This document shows, one piece after another, positions 17,488 to 26,822 of a stretch of DNA of 61,727 nucleotides. The stretch lies in the IMG/VR virus record IMGVR_UViG_3300020061_000007, positions 1 to 61,727 of that record, one strand, 5' to 3'. The translations under genes were made by a program, and so were the position numbers. Each line of letters begins with the position of its first letter. The stretch's first letter is position 1. The notes under the pieces are model-generated. The model did no database searches, was not told where the DNA came from, and saw only the letters and a program-made list of their open reading frames with translations. Origin of the DNA: a virus (lineage: Duplodnaviria; Caudoviricetes).

Positions 17488-17691
17488 ATGAAGACCGAGC
17501 TTGAAATCATTGATGAGGTTTACGAGGCCGAGGTCTATGGGGCCGTTTTCACGTATTTCAACGAGATGCGAGGCATTGAACACGCAGATAGGTCTCGCAC
17601 GAATGCAGAGAGATTACAGTCCCGCGTAAAGAGTATGCGAGCGATTCGTGACCGCGCCAAGGCGTTGCTCAAAGAGGAATTGAAATCATGA
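17488..17691 (+). CDS. Hypothetical protein
   Basis: Directly abuts the upstream stop. Confidence 0.6.
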   Translation: MKTELEIIDEVYEAEVYGAVFTYFNEMRGIEHADRSRTNAERLQSRVKSMRAIRDRAKALLKEELKS

Positions 17692-17769
17692 AACCCCCCT
17701 TCAAGAAATCCCCCAAGGGCAAGAGCGCAAAGAAGAATCGCAAATCTAAAGCGACACTGAGCCCCGGCA

Positions 17770-18075
17770 GTGAATCGACCGGGAGCCCCAAAGGCTTCGC
17801 CATGGGCGGCGGGAAGAAAAAGGGACTCGAAGACTATTGATATGTCGCCCTTGATCGATGATCCCGAGACGGCGCGGTTGAAAAATCAGTGGTACAACCG
17901 GCAATTAATGTCAGTACAGCACGCTATGTCCAGCAATGTTTCAGTCTGTAGCAGCCCCGACCCGATACTCACGCTGGACATGATCGAACGAAAACAAAAC
18001 GACCCATGGCAACCCGATCCGCTCAAGGATTTGCAGCGCGAGTTGTCCCGGCGCGATGGATGGAAGCCGCGCTGA
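17770..18075 (+). CDS. Hypothetical protein (start uncertain)
   Basis: Operon position only. Confidence 0.45.
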   Translation: MNRPGAPKASPWAAGRKRDSKTIDMSPLIDDPETARLKNQWYNRQLMSVQHAMSSNVSVCSSPDPILTLDMIERKQNDPWQPDPLKDLQRELSRRDGWKPR

Positions 18076-18263
18076 TGCGCCGGGAAACCGTCATAGAGAT
18101 CCGCCGTCACGTGCGCGCCATCGACATCGCGCTGAAGAAGGATATCGATCAGTCGGGCGAGAAAGCGGAGATAGCTAACTGTGGGCATCTTAGCTGCGAC
18201 CCTAAAATGGGGTGTAAATATACACTTCCGCATGGTGTGGTGCTGACAGGAGCGGAGAAGTGA
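18075..18263 (+). CDS. Hypothetical protein
   Basis: TGATG coupling. Confidence 0.5.
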   Translation: MRRETVIEIRRHVRAIDIALKKDIDQSGEKAEIANCGHLSCDPKMGCKYTLPHGVVLTGAEK

Positions 18264-18514
18264 GCTTAACAAATAGGCGCGATATGATGCGCGAGTTTTT
18301 AGAGCGGGTCGAACCGCTGAATCGCATCAAGTTAAATGCGCTTAATCGGAGTATCCCTAAATATACGCTTTACCCTGATGGCAGATTTGTTGTTGTTCAT
18401 CCGGCGTGGATACAGGCAATTCTGGACCGTTGTGATGCGGAAATTGCGCAGATCGCCAATACATTTAAGGAGGACGCTTCCCCAGATAACGGGTCCGCTA
18501 TCAAAATGACTTAA
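18260..18514 (+). CDS. Hypothetical protein
   Basis: GTGA coupling; abuts portal. Confidence 0.55.
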   Translation: MSLTNRRDMMREFLERVEPLNRIKLNALNRSIPKYTLYPDGRFVVVHPAWIQAILDRCDAEIAQIANTFKEDASPDNGSAIKMT

Positions 18515-20431
18515 TTGCCGCTTAACATCGACCCCCGCGAACTCGCTTCCCTTCAGAAAGGCCGTCCCGCCTTCCGCGGTCGTGGCGCGCGTGAGAAGAA
18601 CGACGCGCTCCAAAGCAAGGGCTCCGATGTCCTTGACCAGATCACCAAGATCCGCACCTGTACCCAGACCAATTACAAAGCTACCCAGACCTGGCGCGAC
18701 TCCGGCGCCGAATCCTACGACTTCGTTGAGAACAAGCAGTGGGATAAAAAAGACGTTGAATTTCTAGCCTCGCCCGCGGGCGGCATGCGGCCGGCGATGA
18801 CTTTCAACAAAGTCTTGCCGCAGGTCCGCTTGCTCTCCGGCATGGAGCGCCAGAACCGCGAGGAACTGCGCGTCTTCCCCCGGGAGGGCTCCGACACCAA
18901 CGATTCCGACGTGATGACCGGGCTCATCAAGTATTGCCTCGACGAGAATCTCGCGCCTTGGCAGCTCACTCGAAAATCCAACGACGTTTATATTTGCGGC
19001 CGCGGCTGGGTCAAGACCGACATCAGCTATGACGAGAACATCAACGGCGACTGCACGCTGCAGCGGCGAAACCCGTTTCAAATCTTTTGGGACACGATGT
19101 CGGACGATTGGTCCGGCTCCGATATGCGCTGGGTGCAGGACTCGCCATGGATGACCGAGGACGAAGCGAAAGAATTGTGGCCGGAATTTGCCGATCAGAT
19201 CAAGCTGGGCGATTGGCTGTCGGGCTCCACGCCCTACCTAGTGAGCGGAGTCCAGACCGGCGATGTCCAGTGGGAGAATAAACTTTTCTTAGATCAAGAA
19301 ACCAAGCGCGTCCGTTGCTTAGAGCATTGGTACAAAGTGCGCGAGCCGATCCTCCTCGCCGTCAATGTCTCCACCGGCGATGTCCGCAACGCCGAGGAAG
19401 AGAGCTTCATAGAACAATTGGAAGGCATGGACGAGCAACAGCGCTCCGCCTTTCAGTTCGTACGACAAAATAAGACCGTCGTACGTGTGGCGACGGTGAT
19501 GGGCTGGCTCATCGTCCAAGACAAGCCGAGTCCGTTCAAGCACAACATGCTGCCCTTAATCCCTTACATCGGTTTGCAGTTTATGGGCGAACCGTTCGGC
19601 CTCGTTGAATATCTGAAGGATCCGCAGCGCCTCGGCAATAAATCCATCTCCCAGGTCATGGGGCATTTAAACCGCTCGGCCAATTCGGGCTGGCTGAACA
19701 AGGCCAGCGGCGGCGCGAATCAGGAGCAGCTAGAAAAGTTTGGATCGGTTCCCGGCATTGTCATCTCCTATGACGAGGTAGAGCCGCGGAAGATCCTCCC
19801 AACCAACCTCGACACCGCTCATATGACCCTGGCGCAAATGGGCGACGAGTCGATTCGGGAAATTTCCCTGCTCAACGCAGACTTATTGGGTACGGGTACG
19901 CAGAAAACTATCTCCGGCAAAGCCATTGAGGCGCGACAGCGCGGCGGCATGACCGGCAATGAAGACTTCTTCGACAATCAACTCTTGGGCGACAAGATTC
20001 TCGGCTATCAGCTCATCTCGAATATCCAGCAGACATACACGCAGTCAAGAATCATTCGCATCCTCGGTGCACAGAGTGTCAGAAACCCCGACGACATGGG
20101 GGCGAAGACGTTTTTGAGCATGCAGGCCGATCAGAACAAGTTATTTCAGGTCGTCGACCGCTGCTTGAAGGCTGAGTACGACTATGTGGTTGATCGCTCG
20201 CCGCAGTCGGTCACGGTGCGCATGGCGCAGTTCGAAACTCTGCTCAAGGCGGCCAAGGATTTCCCTGGCGCCATCCCGCCGGCCGTGCTGGTGGACATGA
20301 GCGACTTCCCCGAGAACGCCAAGGCGGCGATCAAAGAGCACTTGCAGAAGATGGAGCAGATGGAAGCGATGAAGAGGCAGCTAATAGGGCCGGGGCCGGG
20401 CGGGCCGATGCCGAATGGACCTGTGCAGTGA
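18515..20431 (+). CDS. Portal protein (P22 gp1-like)
   Basis: 638 aa; RPAMTFNKV, GRGW, LKDPQR..NK, SGKAIEARQ motifs; between TerL and scaffold. Confidence 0.9.
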   Translation: MPLNIDPRELASLQKGRPAFRGRGAREKNDALQSKGSDVLDQITKIRTCTQTNYKATQTWRDSGAESYDFVENKQWDKKDVEFLASPAGGMRPAMTFNKVLPQVRLLSGMERQNREELRVFPREGSDTNDSDVMTGLIKYCLDENLAPWQLTRKSNDVYICGRGWVKTDISYDENINGDCTLQRRNPFQIFWDTMSDDWSGSDMRWVQDSPWMTEDEAKELWPEFADQIKLGDWLSGSTPYLVSGVQTGDVQWENKLFLDQETKRVRCLEHWYKVREPILLAVNVSTGDVRNAEEESFIEQLEGMDEQQRSAFQFVRQNKTVVRVATVMGWLIVQDKPSPFKHNMLPLIPYIGLQFMGEPFGLVEYLKDPQRLGNKSISQVMGHLNRSANSGWLNKASGGANQEQLEKFGSVPGIVISYDEVEPRKILPTNLDTAHMTLAQMGDESIREISLLNADLLGTGTQKTISGKAIEARQRGGMTGNEDFFDNQLLGDKILGYQLISNIQQTYTQSRIIRILGAQSVRNPDDMGAKTFLSMQADQNKLFQVVDRCLKAEYDYVVDRSPQSVTVRMAQFETLLKAAKDFPGAIPPAVLVDMSDFPENAKAAIKEHLQKMEQMEAMKRQLIGPGPGGPMPNGPVQ

Positions 20432-20446
20432 AGACTGAGGTGATCT

Positions 20447-20674
20447 GTGAATCGTAAAAACCCAATGAGCTTTGAAACACTTCAGGAGGCTAAGAATTAC
20501 GCGGTAAGCCACTACACGGCGGTATGGGCCAGGCTAGGGACGCTCGCCGGCGTATTTCATGTTTATCCCGGTGGCAGAGTAGTTCGTTATCATCTTCTAA
20601 CCGAGCGGTGCTGGTGCGAGCCAACCCGCGACCAAAGGGAGCATCGTGTGCTCCTGCACAATGAAGTTCAGTAA
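20447..20674 (+). CDS. Hypothetical protein
   Basis: RBS GAGG; CWCEP...LHN motif. Confidence 0.55.
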   Translation: MNRKNPMSFETLQEAKNYAVSHYTAVWARLGTLAGVFHVYPGGRVVRYHLLTERCWCEPTRDQREHRVLLHNEVQ

Positions 20675-20685
20675 AGGGAGGCAAT

Positions 20686-21546
20686 ATGCCCGACGAAACA
20701 GACGAACAATTAGGAACTACGCAGACTGAGCAATCGACCGAGACCACCACGGAGGTCGAACAAGACCAATCGACCGACACGCAAACCGAGTCGACGCAGG
20801 CAAAGCCCGACTGGCGCGTTGAAAAATACGGTCCCGACTACGAGTCGAAGGCCGATTACTGGAAAGACACGGCCAGCTATTGGCGCGGCGAGACCGACAA
20901 GGAAAAGAAGAAGCGCCAGAATCGCGTACCGCTCGAAGACTTCCGGGCGAAGGATGAAGGCATTGCGGCCAAGCCCAACGCAAATGGCAACGCTAACGGT
21001 GCGAACGGTAACACCACCGACGCCGAGGGCAAGCCGAAGTTCGAAGATGTTGAACAACTGCTCGAGCATATCAACAAGCAGAATGCTCAATTCTTCGAGA
21101 AGAACTTCACGGAGAAGCTGACCGAGCGCGAACGCGAATCCAATTTTAAGAATTCGATGCAAAAAGCTCGAAGGGAAAACGTGGGAGATCCGGATAGCGG
21201 TATCCCGTCATTTGCGGAAGTGGAACAAGACGTTCTCATTCCGCTGGTAGAGAGTAACCCGAAGGTGCTGGCGTTGTTAAAGGAACTGCCCGGCGACCCC
21301 GCGGAAAACGCATACACGTTAGGAATCGTCGTTAAGAGCCGCAATATTAACGGCCTTCGCGAACTGTTCCAGCGTCAGGGGCGCGAGTCGTTCGCTAAGA
21401 AAATTGACGACGTAAGCAAACAGGCCGTGCGAGTCAAAGGGGGCCGATCCGGTCCTACGAGCGCGCAGCTCACTCCCGAGGACATATTGAATATGCCCAA
21501 AGCGGAGTACGAAAAACTCGTGGCCAAGAATACGGGTCGAATGTAA
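20686..21546 (+). CDS. Capsid scaffolding protein
   Basis: Acidic N-terminus, helical, between portal and capsid; RBS GGAGG. Confidence 0.8.
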   Translation: MPDETDEQLGTTQTEQSTETTTEVEQDQSTDTQTESTQAKPDWRVEKYGPDYESKADYWKDTASYWRGETDKEKKKRQNRVPLEDFRAKDEGIAAKPNANGNANGANGNTTDAEGKPKFEDVEQLLEHINKQNAQFFEKNFTEKLTERERESNFKNSMQKARRENVGDPDSGIPSFAEVEQDVLIPLVESNPKVLALLKELPGDPAENAYTLGIVVKSRNINGLRELFQRQGRESFAKKIDDVSKQAVRVKGGRSGPTSAQLTPEDILNMPKAEYEKLVAKNTGRM

Positions 21547-21751
21547 AACGCGGTGCGGGCGAAAGATTTTTCGCCCCTACGATTTGTCTTTGGCTCGGCG
21601 CAAGCCTTCCCCTAGACAAAACCCGGACTCGATTGTTTCGGCAATCCACTCCGGGAACGATTAACAGCATCCGTCATATAGCCAGCTCGCCTCGCCACGG
21701 CAAGGTTTCCTGGACGGTTGGGACCACGAGTCCCAGAAGGAAACTTTGCCA

Positions 21752-22759
21752 ATGCCTACTACTCTATTTGCGACCATGGAGGCCACAGACCAGGCCTACT
21801 ACGACAGAAAGTTGTTGGAGCGGGCACAGCCCCACCTCGTTCATGCTCAGTTCGGCGACGATCGGCCGCTCAAAGACCGCTCTACTAAATCAATCACGTT
21901 TCGGCGCTGGGAGGCTCTAAGCCCCAACACTACGGCGTTGATCGAGAGCATTACGCCGCTCGGCACCGTGCTCTCGAAGACCGATATCACCGCGACCGTG
22001 GTTCAGTACGGTTCGTTCGTAACTCTCTCGGACATCCTCGAATGGACCTCGCGCGACGAAGTGCTGAACGAAGCCAGCGATGTTTTGGGCGAGCAGGAAG
22101 GACAGTCGCTCGATCAGGTTTGCCGCGACATCATCGTCGCCGGCAGTTCGGTATTTTGTTGCACCGATGACGTGGGCGCCACCTCGGCCACCCGCACCGA
22201 GGTCGACGGGCTCATCAACGCCGTCGCCATCAATAAGGTTCTTCGATTCTTGCAGAACGGCAATGCCAAACCGTTCACCAAGCTGGTCAAGCCCTCGACC
22301 GGGATCGGCACGCAGGCCATCTTGCCCGCCTATTGGGCGATCATCCATCCGTTCACGTTCTATACGCTCCGCGGCGTCAGCGGGTTCGTGTCGGTGAAAG
22401 ATTACCCGGCGCAGCAAGAAGTTATGGATTCGGAAGTCGGTTCCTATCGTGAGGCGCGCTTCGTCATGACCACGTTCGCCAAAGCGTTCCCGAGCGCGGG
22501 CGCCACGGTAACCTCGACCCATTTGACCACGAACACTACTGAGGAAGACGTTTACGCCGACGTGTTCTTGGGGATGCACGCCTACGGCAAGATCCCGCTC
22601 ACGTCCCATGCCTCCGAGATGATCACCCAGCCGTTGGGCTCTGGCGGAACATCCGATCCGTTGAAGCAGCGCGCAACCGTCGGTTGGAAAGCGGCGCAGA
22701 CGTTCAAAATTTTGAACAACGCTTTCATGAGCAGGCTTGAGCACGGCGTTTTAGCTTGA
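21752..22759 (+). CDS. Major capsid protein (N4 gp56 family)
   Basis: YYDRKLLERA, QYGSFVTLSD, GTSDPLKQRATVGWK motifs. Confidence 0.92.
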   Translation: MPTTLFATMEATDQAYYDRKLLERAQPHLVHAQFGDDRPLKDRSTKSITFRRWEALSPNTTALIESITPLGTVLSKTDITATVVQYGSFVTLSDILEWTSRDEVLNEASDVLGEQEGQSLDQVCRDIIVAGSSVFCCTDDVGATSATRTEVDGLINAVAINKVLRFLQNGNAKPFTKLVKPSTGIGTQAILPAYWAIIHPFTFYTLRGVSGFVSVKDYPAQQEVMDSEVGSYREARFVMTTFAKAFPSAGATVTSTHLTTNTTEEDVYADVFLGMHAYGKIPLTSHASEMITQPLGSGGTSDPLKQRATVGWKAAQTFKILNNAFMSRLEHGVLA

Positions 22760-22824
22760 GTTTTCAATAACTTAGGCTTGTTTTGGGCGTTTATAACTAA
22801 AGTAAGTAACAAGGAGAATTTATC

Positions 22825-23154
22825 ATGGCAGGAACAGCGATTACCAAAAAAGGCGAGTGCAACATGGGCGGGGGACGCCAGGAATGGTGGCAGTGCTCCA
22901 TCGATCCGGCCTCCGTGGCCGCAGCGGCTCAGGGCATTGAGACCATCGCGATTCCCGGCGCACGCGCAGGCGATCCGGTCTTGGCATTGCCCGAAGCGAT
23001 CGAGACTCAGTTGCATCCGCAGGGCGCGAAAGTCACCGCGGATGATGTCGTGTCGGTCTATTTGTGCAACGGCATCAACGCGACCACCGCGATCAACGGC
23101 GGCGCCAAGATCTGGAACATTATCATTCTGAAGCTTTCCATTGGCGGGGCCTAA
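22825..23154 (+). CDS. Putative head decoration protein
   Basis: RBS AAGGAG; follows capsid; IPGARAGD motif. Confidence 0.65.
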   Translation: MAGTAITKKGECNMGGGRQEWWQCSIDPASVAAAAQGIETIAIPGARAGDPVLALPEAIETQLHPQGAKVTADDVVSVYLCNGINATTAINGGAKIWNIIILKLSIGGA

Positions 23155-23226
23155 GAAAATTAACCAGGCCTCGGGGGACTCCTGAAATATGGAGTCTCCC
23201 CTCGCCACTAACCAAGGAGCCGAACT

Positions 23227-23700
23227 ATGCCAAGAGCAGCAAAAAAAGCACCGGTTGAAGATATCACCGAGGAGCGCCATCAGGCGCAGCAATCATTTGC
23301 CAGTGCGCAGGCCGATCAGCGCAAAGAACAGCATTACTGGATCACGTTTCACCAAATGGGCGAGCAGGATCAGCAGGCGCAAGTGGATTTACACCCCAAC
23401 GGCGTCACATACGTCATCCGCAAAGGCGAGAAAGTCCCGTTGCCGCAGTCGGCGATCAACGCGCTCGAAATGGCCCAGCGCGTCGGCTTGGATCACGGCC
23501 ACCCGATCGAGCATAACGGCAAGAAGTTTCTGCGGAAGATAGTCCAGTCCGATTACGGCTACACGATTCACGGCCAATGCAGTCCGGAAGAGGCGGCGGA
23601 ATGGCGGGATGCGGCCAAGCGCGCCGCGGCGGCACACTCTGACATCGTACAGGTCGGCGGACCTCCGGATGAAGATATGGTCGAGGTCGGAAGCGCTTAA
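23227..23700 (+). CDS. Hypothetical virion-module protein
   Basis: RBS AAGGAG; NGVTYVIRKGEKVPLP. Confidence 0.7.
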   Translation: MPRAAKKAPVEDITEERHQAQQSFASAQADQRKEQHYWITFHQMGEQDQQAQVDLHPNGVTYVIRKGEKVPLPQSAINALEMAQRVGLDHGHPIEHNGKKFLRKIVQSDYGYTIHGQCSPEEAAEWRDAAKRAAAAHSDIVQVGGPPDEDMVEVGSA

Positions 23701-24372
23701 ATGCTGAAGAGCGCAATCACTCTAAGGGTTTTGGAGCTCATGCAGGACCAATCAACCGCGGCGCGGACGCTCGTTGGTCACTGGGTCGATATTGTTTTAG
23801 GGGATATCGCCAGCCGCGGTTATTTGCATTCGCTGCAGCGCGAGGAAATGACGGCGCTGCGCGAGGGCTCCGGCACCGACATGAACACGGGGCGCAACTA
23901 TGACCTGCAGCTGGACACTGACAAGGTTTTCAAAGTGTTCCTGCCGGCGGCCGGCTGCGACGGAATTCTAAAGAAGCTCAGCAACGACGAATACCTCGAG
24001 CAGATGCTGCAAGACGGCGTGCTCACCAAGGACCTGCCGCGCTACTACACCGTGTTCGGCGCGCTGACCCTGCGGGTTCATCCGGTGCCGTCGGCGGAAT
24101 GGGCGCCGGCAGAGCCGACCAATATTCAAAAGCTCCACGTCTGGAAATACCGCGACATCACCGCGCTGGCAGAGACCGACGATTTGACCGAGATCACGGT
24201 GAAGGCGACGAACATGCTGATGCTGGGGGCTTATGCCTTCGGCGCGCGGTTCGATTCGTTCGCGGATTATCCGGCGACCATGCAGGAGTACGAAAAGGCA
24301 GTCGGAAGATATTTCTTTCAGCAGAGCGTCGACTTCGATCGACCGGCGCAAGTGCAGTACCGGGATCTGTAA
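23701..24372 (+). CDS. Head-tail adaptor (tail tubular A-like)
   Basis: PRYY...LRVHPVP motif; synteny. Confidence 0.75.
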   Translation: MLKSAITLRVLELMQDQSTAARTLVGHWVDIVLGDIASRGYLHSLQREEMTALREGSGTDMNTGRNYDLQLDTDKVFKVFLPAAGCDGILKKLSNDEYLEQMLQDGVLTKDLPRYYTVFGALTLRVHPVPSAEWAPAEPTNIQKLHVWKYRDITALAETDDLTEITVKATNMLMLGAYAFGARFDSFADYPATMQEYEKAVGRYFFQQSVDFDRPAQVQYRDL

Positions 24373-24374
24373 CC

Positions 24375-25892
24375 TTGGGATTTTTCGCACCAGACGCAAT
24401 CATCGGCCCGTTCAGCGGCGGCGTGAATTCCAGGGATTCGCCGGTTGGCCTCGGTCAAGCCGATCTGACCTCCTGCGTCAACATGATGCCGATCGCCTCG
24501 GGCTCTGTAGTGGGCCGCGGCGGGCAGACCGAACTGTTTGGCACGCACATCGACAGCAGCCCCATTCGCAGCCTCTACCGCTTCTATAAAAACAACGGCG
24601 CGCGCATCACCATTGCAACGTCGGGCACCAAGGTTTACACGGTCACCAGCGCCGGCGCGGTGCAGATCGCTTCCGGTCTTAGCGCAGATAGAAAGTTCTC
24701 CATCGTCAATTGGTCGGTCAAGGATAAGATTTATCTGACCAACGGCGTCGAGCCGCTTAAAACCTACGACGGGACCACGTTCGCCAATGGCGCAGGAAGC
24801 CCGCCGATATTCTCACAAATCGAACTCCACGATGACCGGCTCTGGGGTTTGCAGGACAATCTTCTCTACTTCAGCAATCTAAACACCGACAACGTGTGGC
24901 CGGGCGCCAGCGCGTTGTCACTCTCGGACAAGTACGGCGGCACCGGATCGTTCATCAAATCGTTCGGCCGAGGTCTTCTCGTCGTCGCAAAAGATTCCGG
25001 TCTTTACCGCTTCGAGGGATCACCCCTGCTCGGCGGCAGGCTCACGCGCTTTAGTGACGTGAAATGTATCGCGCCATGGTCGGCAGCCATCATCACCTCG
25101 CAGAAGGGCACGCCGGATAGCGTCGTGTTCCTTGCCCAAGACGGCGTATATGCCACGGACGGCTATAACTGCGCGCCGATCTCGGGAAAGATCGATCCGT
25201 TGTTCAGCGGATTCTTCCGTAACGCGGTGGGCCGGTATTACCCCAAAAAACGCCAATATCTTTTGTCCTTCAATCCGGTCGGCGGGGCTAACGATCAACT
25301 CTGGGTAGGTACTTACGTCGACAGCCCCAACGGCGCGCTTATCTCATGGAGCCCCTATACCGGCTTTCGTGCGGAATCGTTCTCAATCTGGGACGGGCCG
25401 CAGGACCAAGGGGAGCTTTATTACGGCCGATCGGACGACGGCAAGATCCGCCGCGCCGATGTCGGCAACCTGGATCTTGGCGTGGATTACAAGTGCAGTT
25501 TTCAGACTCGCTGGGAGAACTTCGGGACGCTGACGCGGGTGAAACAGATTCGCTGGATGTTCCCGATCTTCGAAGCGCTCCGCCTCACCAGTTATCAAAT
25601 TGGCTACACCTTCGGCGATAAAACCGCCACCGGCCAGGTCGATCAACGAAGTCAGGAAAACATCGAGTGGGGGCCGGGTGTCGTCACTTGGGGACCGGGT
25701 ACGGTGACTTGGTTTCCCGGGAGCGCGATTCAAAGCACCGTCACCTCGGTCCTGAATTTTCACTACGGGCGCTACGCGAGCTTTTACTTCGAGAATACCG
25801 GAGACGGCCCGGATTTTAAATTTCATCAATTGGCAGTCCAGTTGAAACTTAAAGACGCGCGGGTGCGGGAGTTGTTCGCACTGTCGGCATGA
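24375..25892 (+). CDS. Tail nozzle / DNA stabilisation protein (P22 gp10 / tubular B-like)
   Basis: FSGGVNS N-terminus, beta-rich; TTG start inferred just after the adaptor stop. Confidence 0.78.
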   Translation: MGFFAPDAIIGPFSGGVNSRDSPVGLGQADLTSCVNMMPIASGSVVGRGGQTELFGTHIDSSPIRSLYRFYKNNGARITIATSGTKVYTVTSAGAVQIASGLSADRKFSIVNWSVKDKIYLTNGVEPLKTYDGTTFANGAGSPPIFSQIELHDDRLWGLQDNLLYFSNLNTDNVWPGASALSLSDKYGGTGSFIKSFGRGLLVVAKDSGLYRFEGSPLLGGRLTRFSDVKCIAPWSAAIITSQKGTPDSVVFLAQDGVYATDGYNCAPISGKIDPLFSGFFRNAVGRYYPKKRQYLLSFNPVGGANDQLWVGTYVDSPNGALISWSPYTGFRAESFSIWDGPQDQGELYYGRSDDGKIRRADVGNLDLGVDYKCSFQTRWENFGTLTRVKQIRWMFPIFEALRLTSYQIGYTFGDKTATGQVDQRSQENIEWGPGVVTWGPGTVTWFPGSAIQSTVTSVLNFHYGRYASFYFENTGDGPDFKFHQLAVQLKLKDARVRELFALSA

Positions 25893-25901
25893 AAGAGAAA
25901 C

Positions 25902-26816
25902 ATGGGAATTATTAACAAGCCAGTAGTTTTCACGGGGCAAACGACCCCTCAGTTGCCGATGCTCGATAACGTTGTCGACCCGCTCTACAACGAGATCAAC
26001 GGCAATCTGGACGACGATAATGTCAAGGCCAGCGCCAACATCGCGCAATCGAAGATCGCCGGCCTGTTGGCCAGTTTGGCCAGCAAGCTTACTAACATTG
26101 GCGACACGATCACCGGGGCACTCCTTTTAAAGTTCGTCAATCCATTTGTTCGGTTCATTGGCACTGAGGCAAATGCGGGCGATTGGCGTTTGATCGAGGA
26201 CGCCGGGCATATGTACTTCCAGGCCAATCTCGGCACCGAACTAGAGCCATTTTGGGTTACTCAGTACCTGATCGAGCGCGGCGGCGGCGGCGGGATTGGC
26301 TTTGGCGGCATTGGCCAAGGCGCCGCACTCACGCAAACATTTAGTCTTGCGCCTAAATTTTATGTCGATGATGCGGTCTTCAATCAGACTCGCAGGCTCA
26401 ACTTTAATCAACTCGTTAAAGTCGGCGGCCATTTTAGTACGGGTTCGCTTTCTTTTGTCGCCGTCTCTTTTCTGGGCACCAGCTTTTCAACGGGCGGGGT
26501 GGGCCTGCTCCCGCGGCGGATCAAGGTTTCGTTCACCGGTTCGGTGGAGAACGATACCGTCGATTGCGGCGTGGTGATCGCGGTGCTGGTCGATGGCACG
26601 ATTCTTTGTGGTGTCGATGGCACGTCTAAGTTTATCGCGGCTGCTCCATCGCATTCGGTGCCGCTTTCTCTGACGGTGGTATCGCCGCTTTTAGTGGCGG
26701 GAACGCATGAGGTTGCTATTCACATGCGCGCGGTCAATGGCGGAATCGCTACACTGTTGGCCGATAGCGGGACGGCGGCGGTCATGGTCATCGAAGAATT
26801 GCCTTACGCGATTTAA
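25902..26816 (+). CDS. Tail protein
   Basis: INGNLDDDNV..ANIAQSKI tail-fibre-like N-terminus; synteny. Confidence 0.65.
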   Translation: MGIINKPVVFTGQTTPQLPMLDNVVDPLYNEINGNLDDDNVKASANIAQSKIAGLLASLASKLTNIGDTITGALLLKFVNPFVRFIGTEANAGDWRLIEDAGHMYFQANLGTELEPFWVTQYLIERGGGGGIGFGGIGQGAALTQTFSLAPKFYVDDAVFNQTRRLNFNQLVKVGGHFSTGSLSFVAVSFLGTSFSTGGVGLLPRRIKVSFTGSVENDTVDCGVVIAVLVDGTILCGVDGTSKFIAAAPSHSVPLSLTVVSPLLVAGTHEVAIHMRAVNGGIATLLADSGTAAVMVIEELPYAI

Positions 26817-26822
26817 ATAAAA

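Noticed and set aside
24099-24374. N-terminal extension of the nozzle ORF
   Set aside because: Overlaps the adaptor gene; the conserved-looking sequence starts near 24375.
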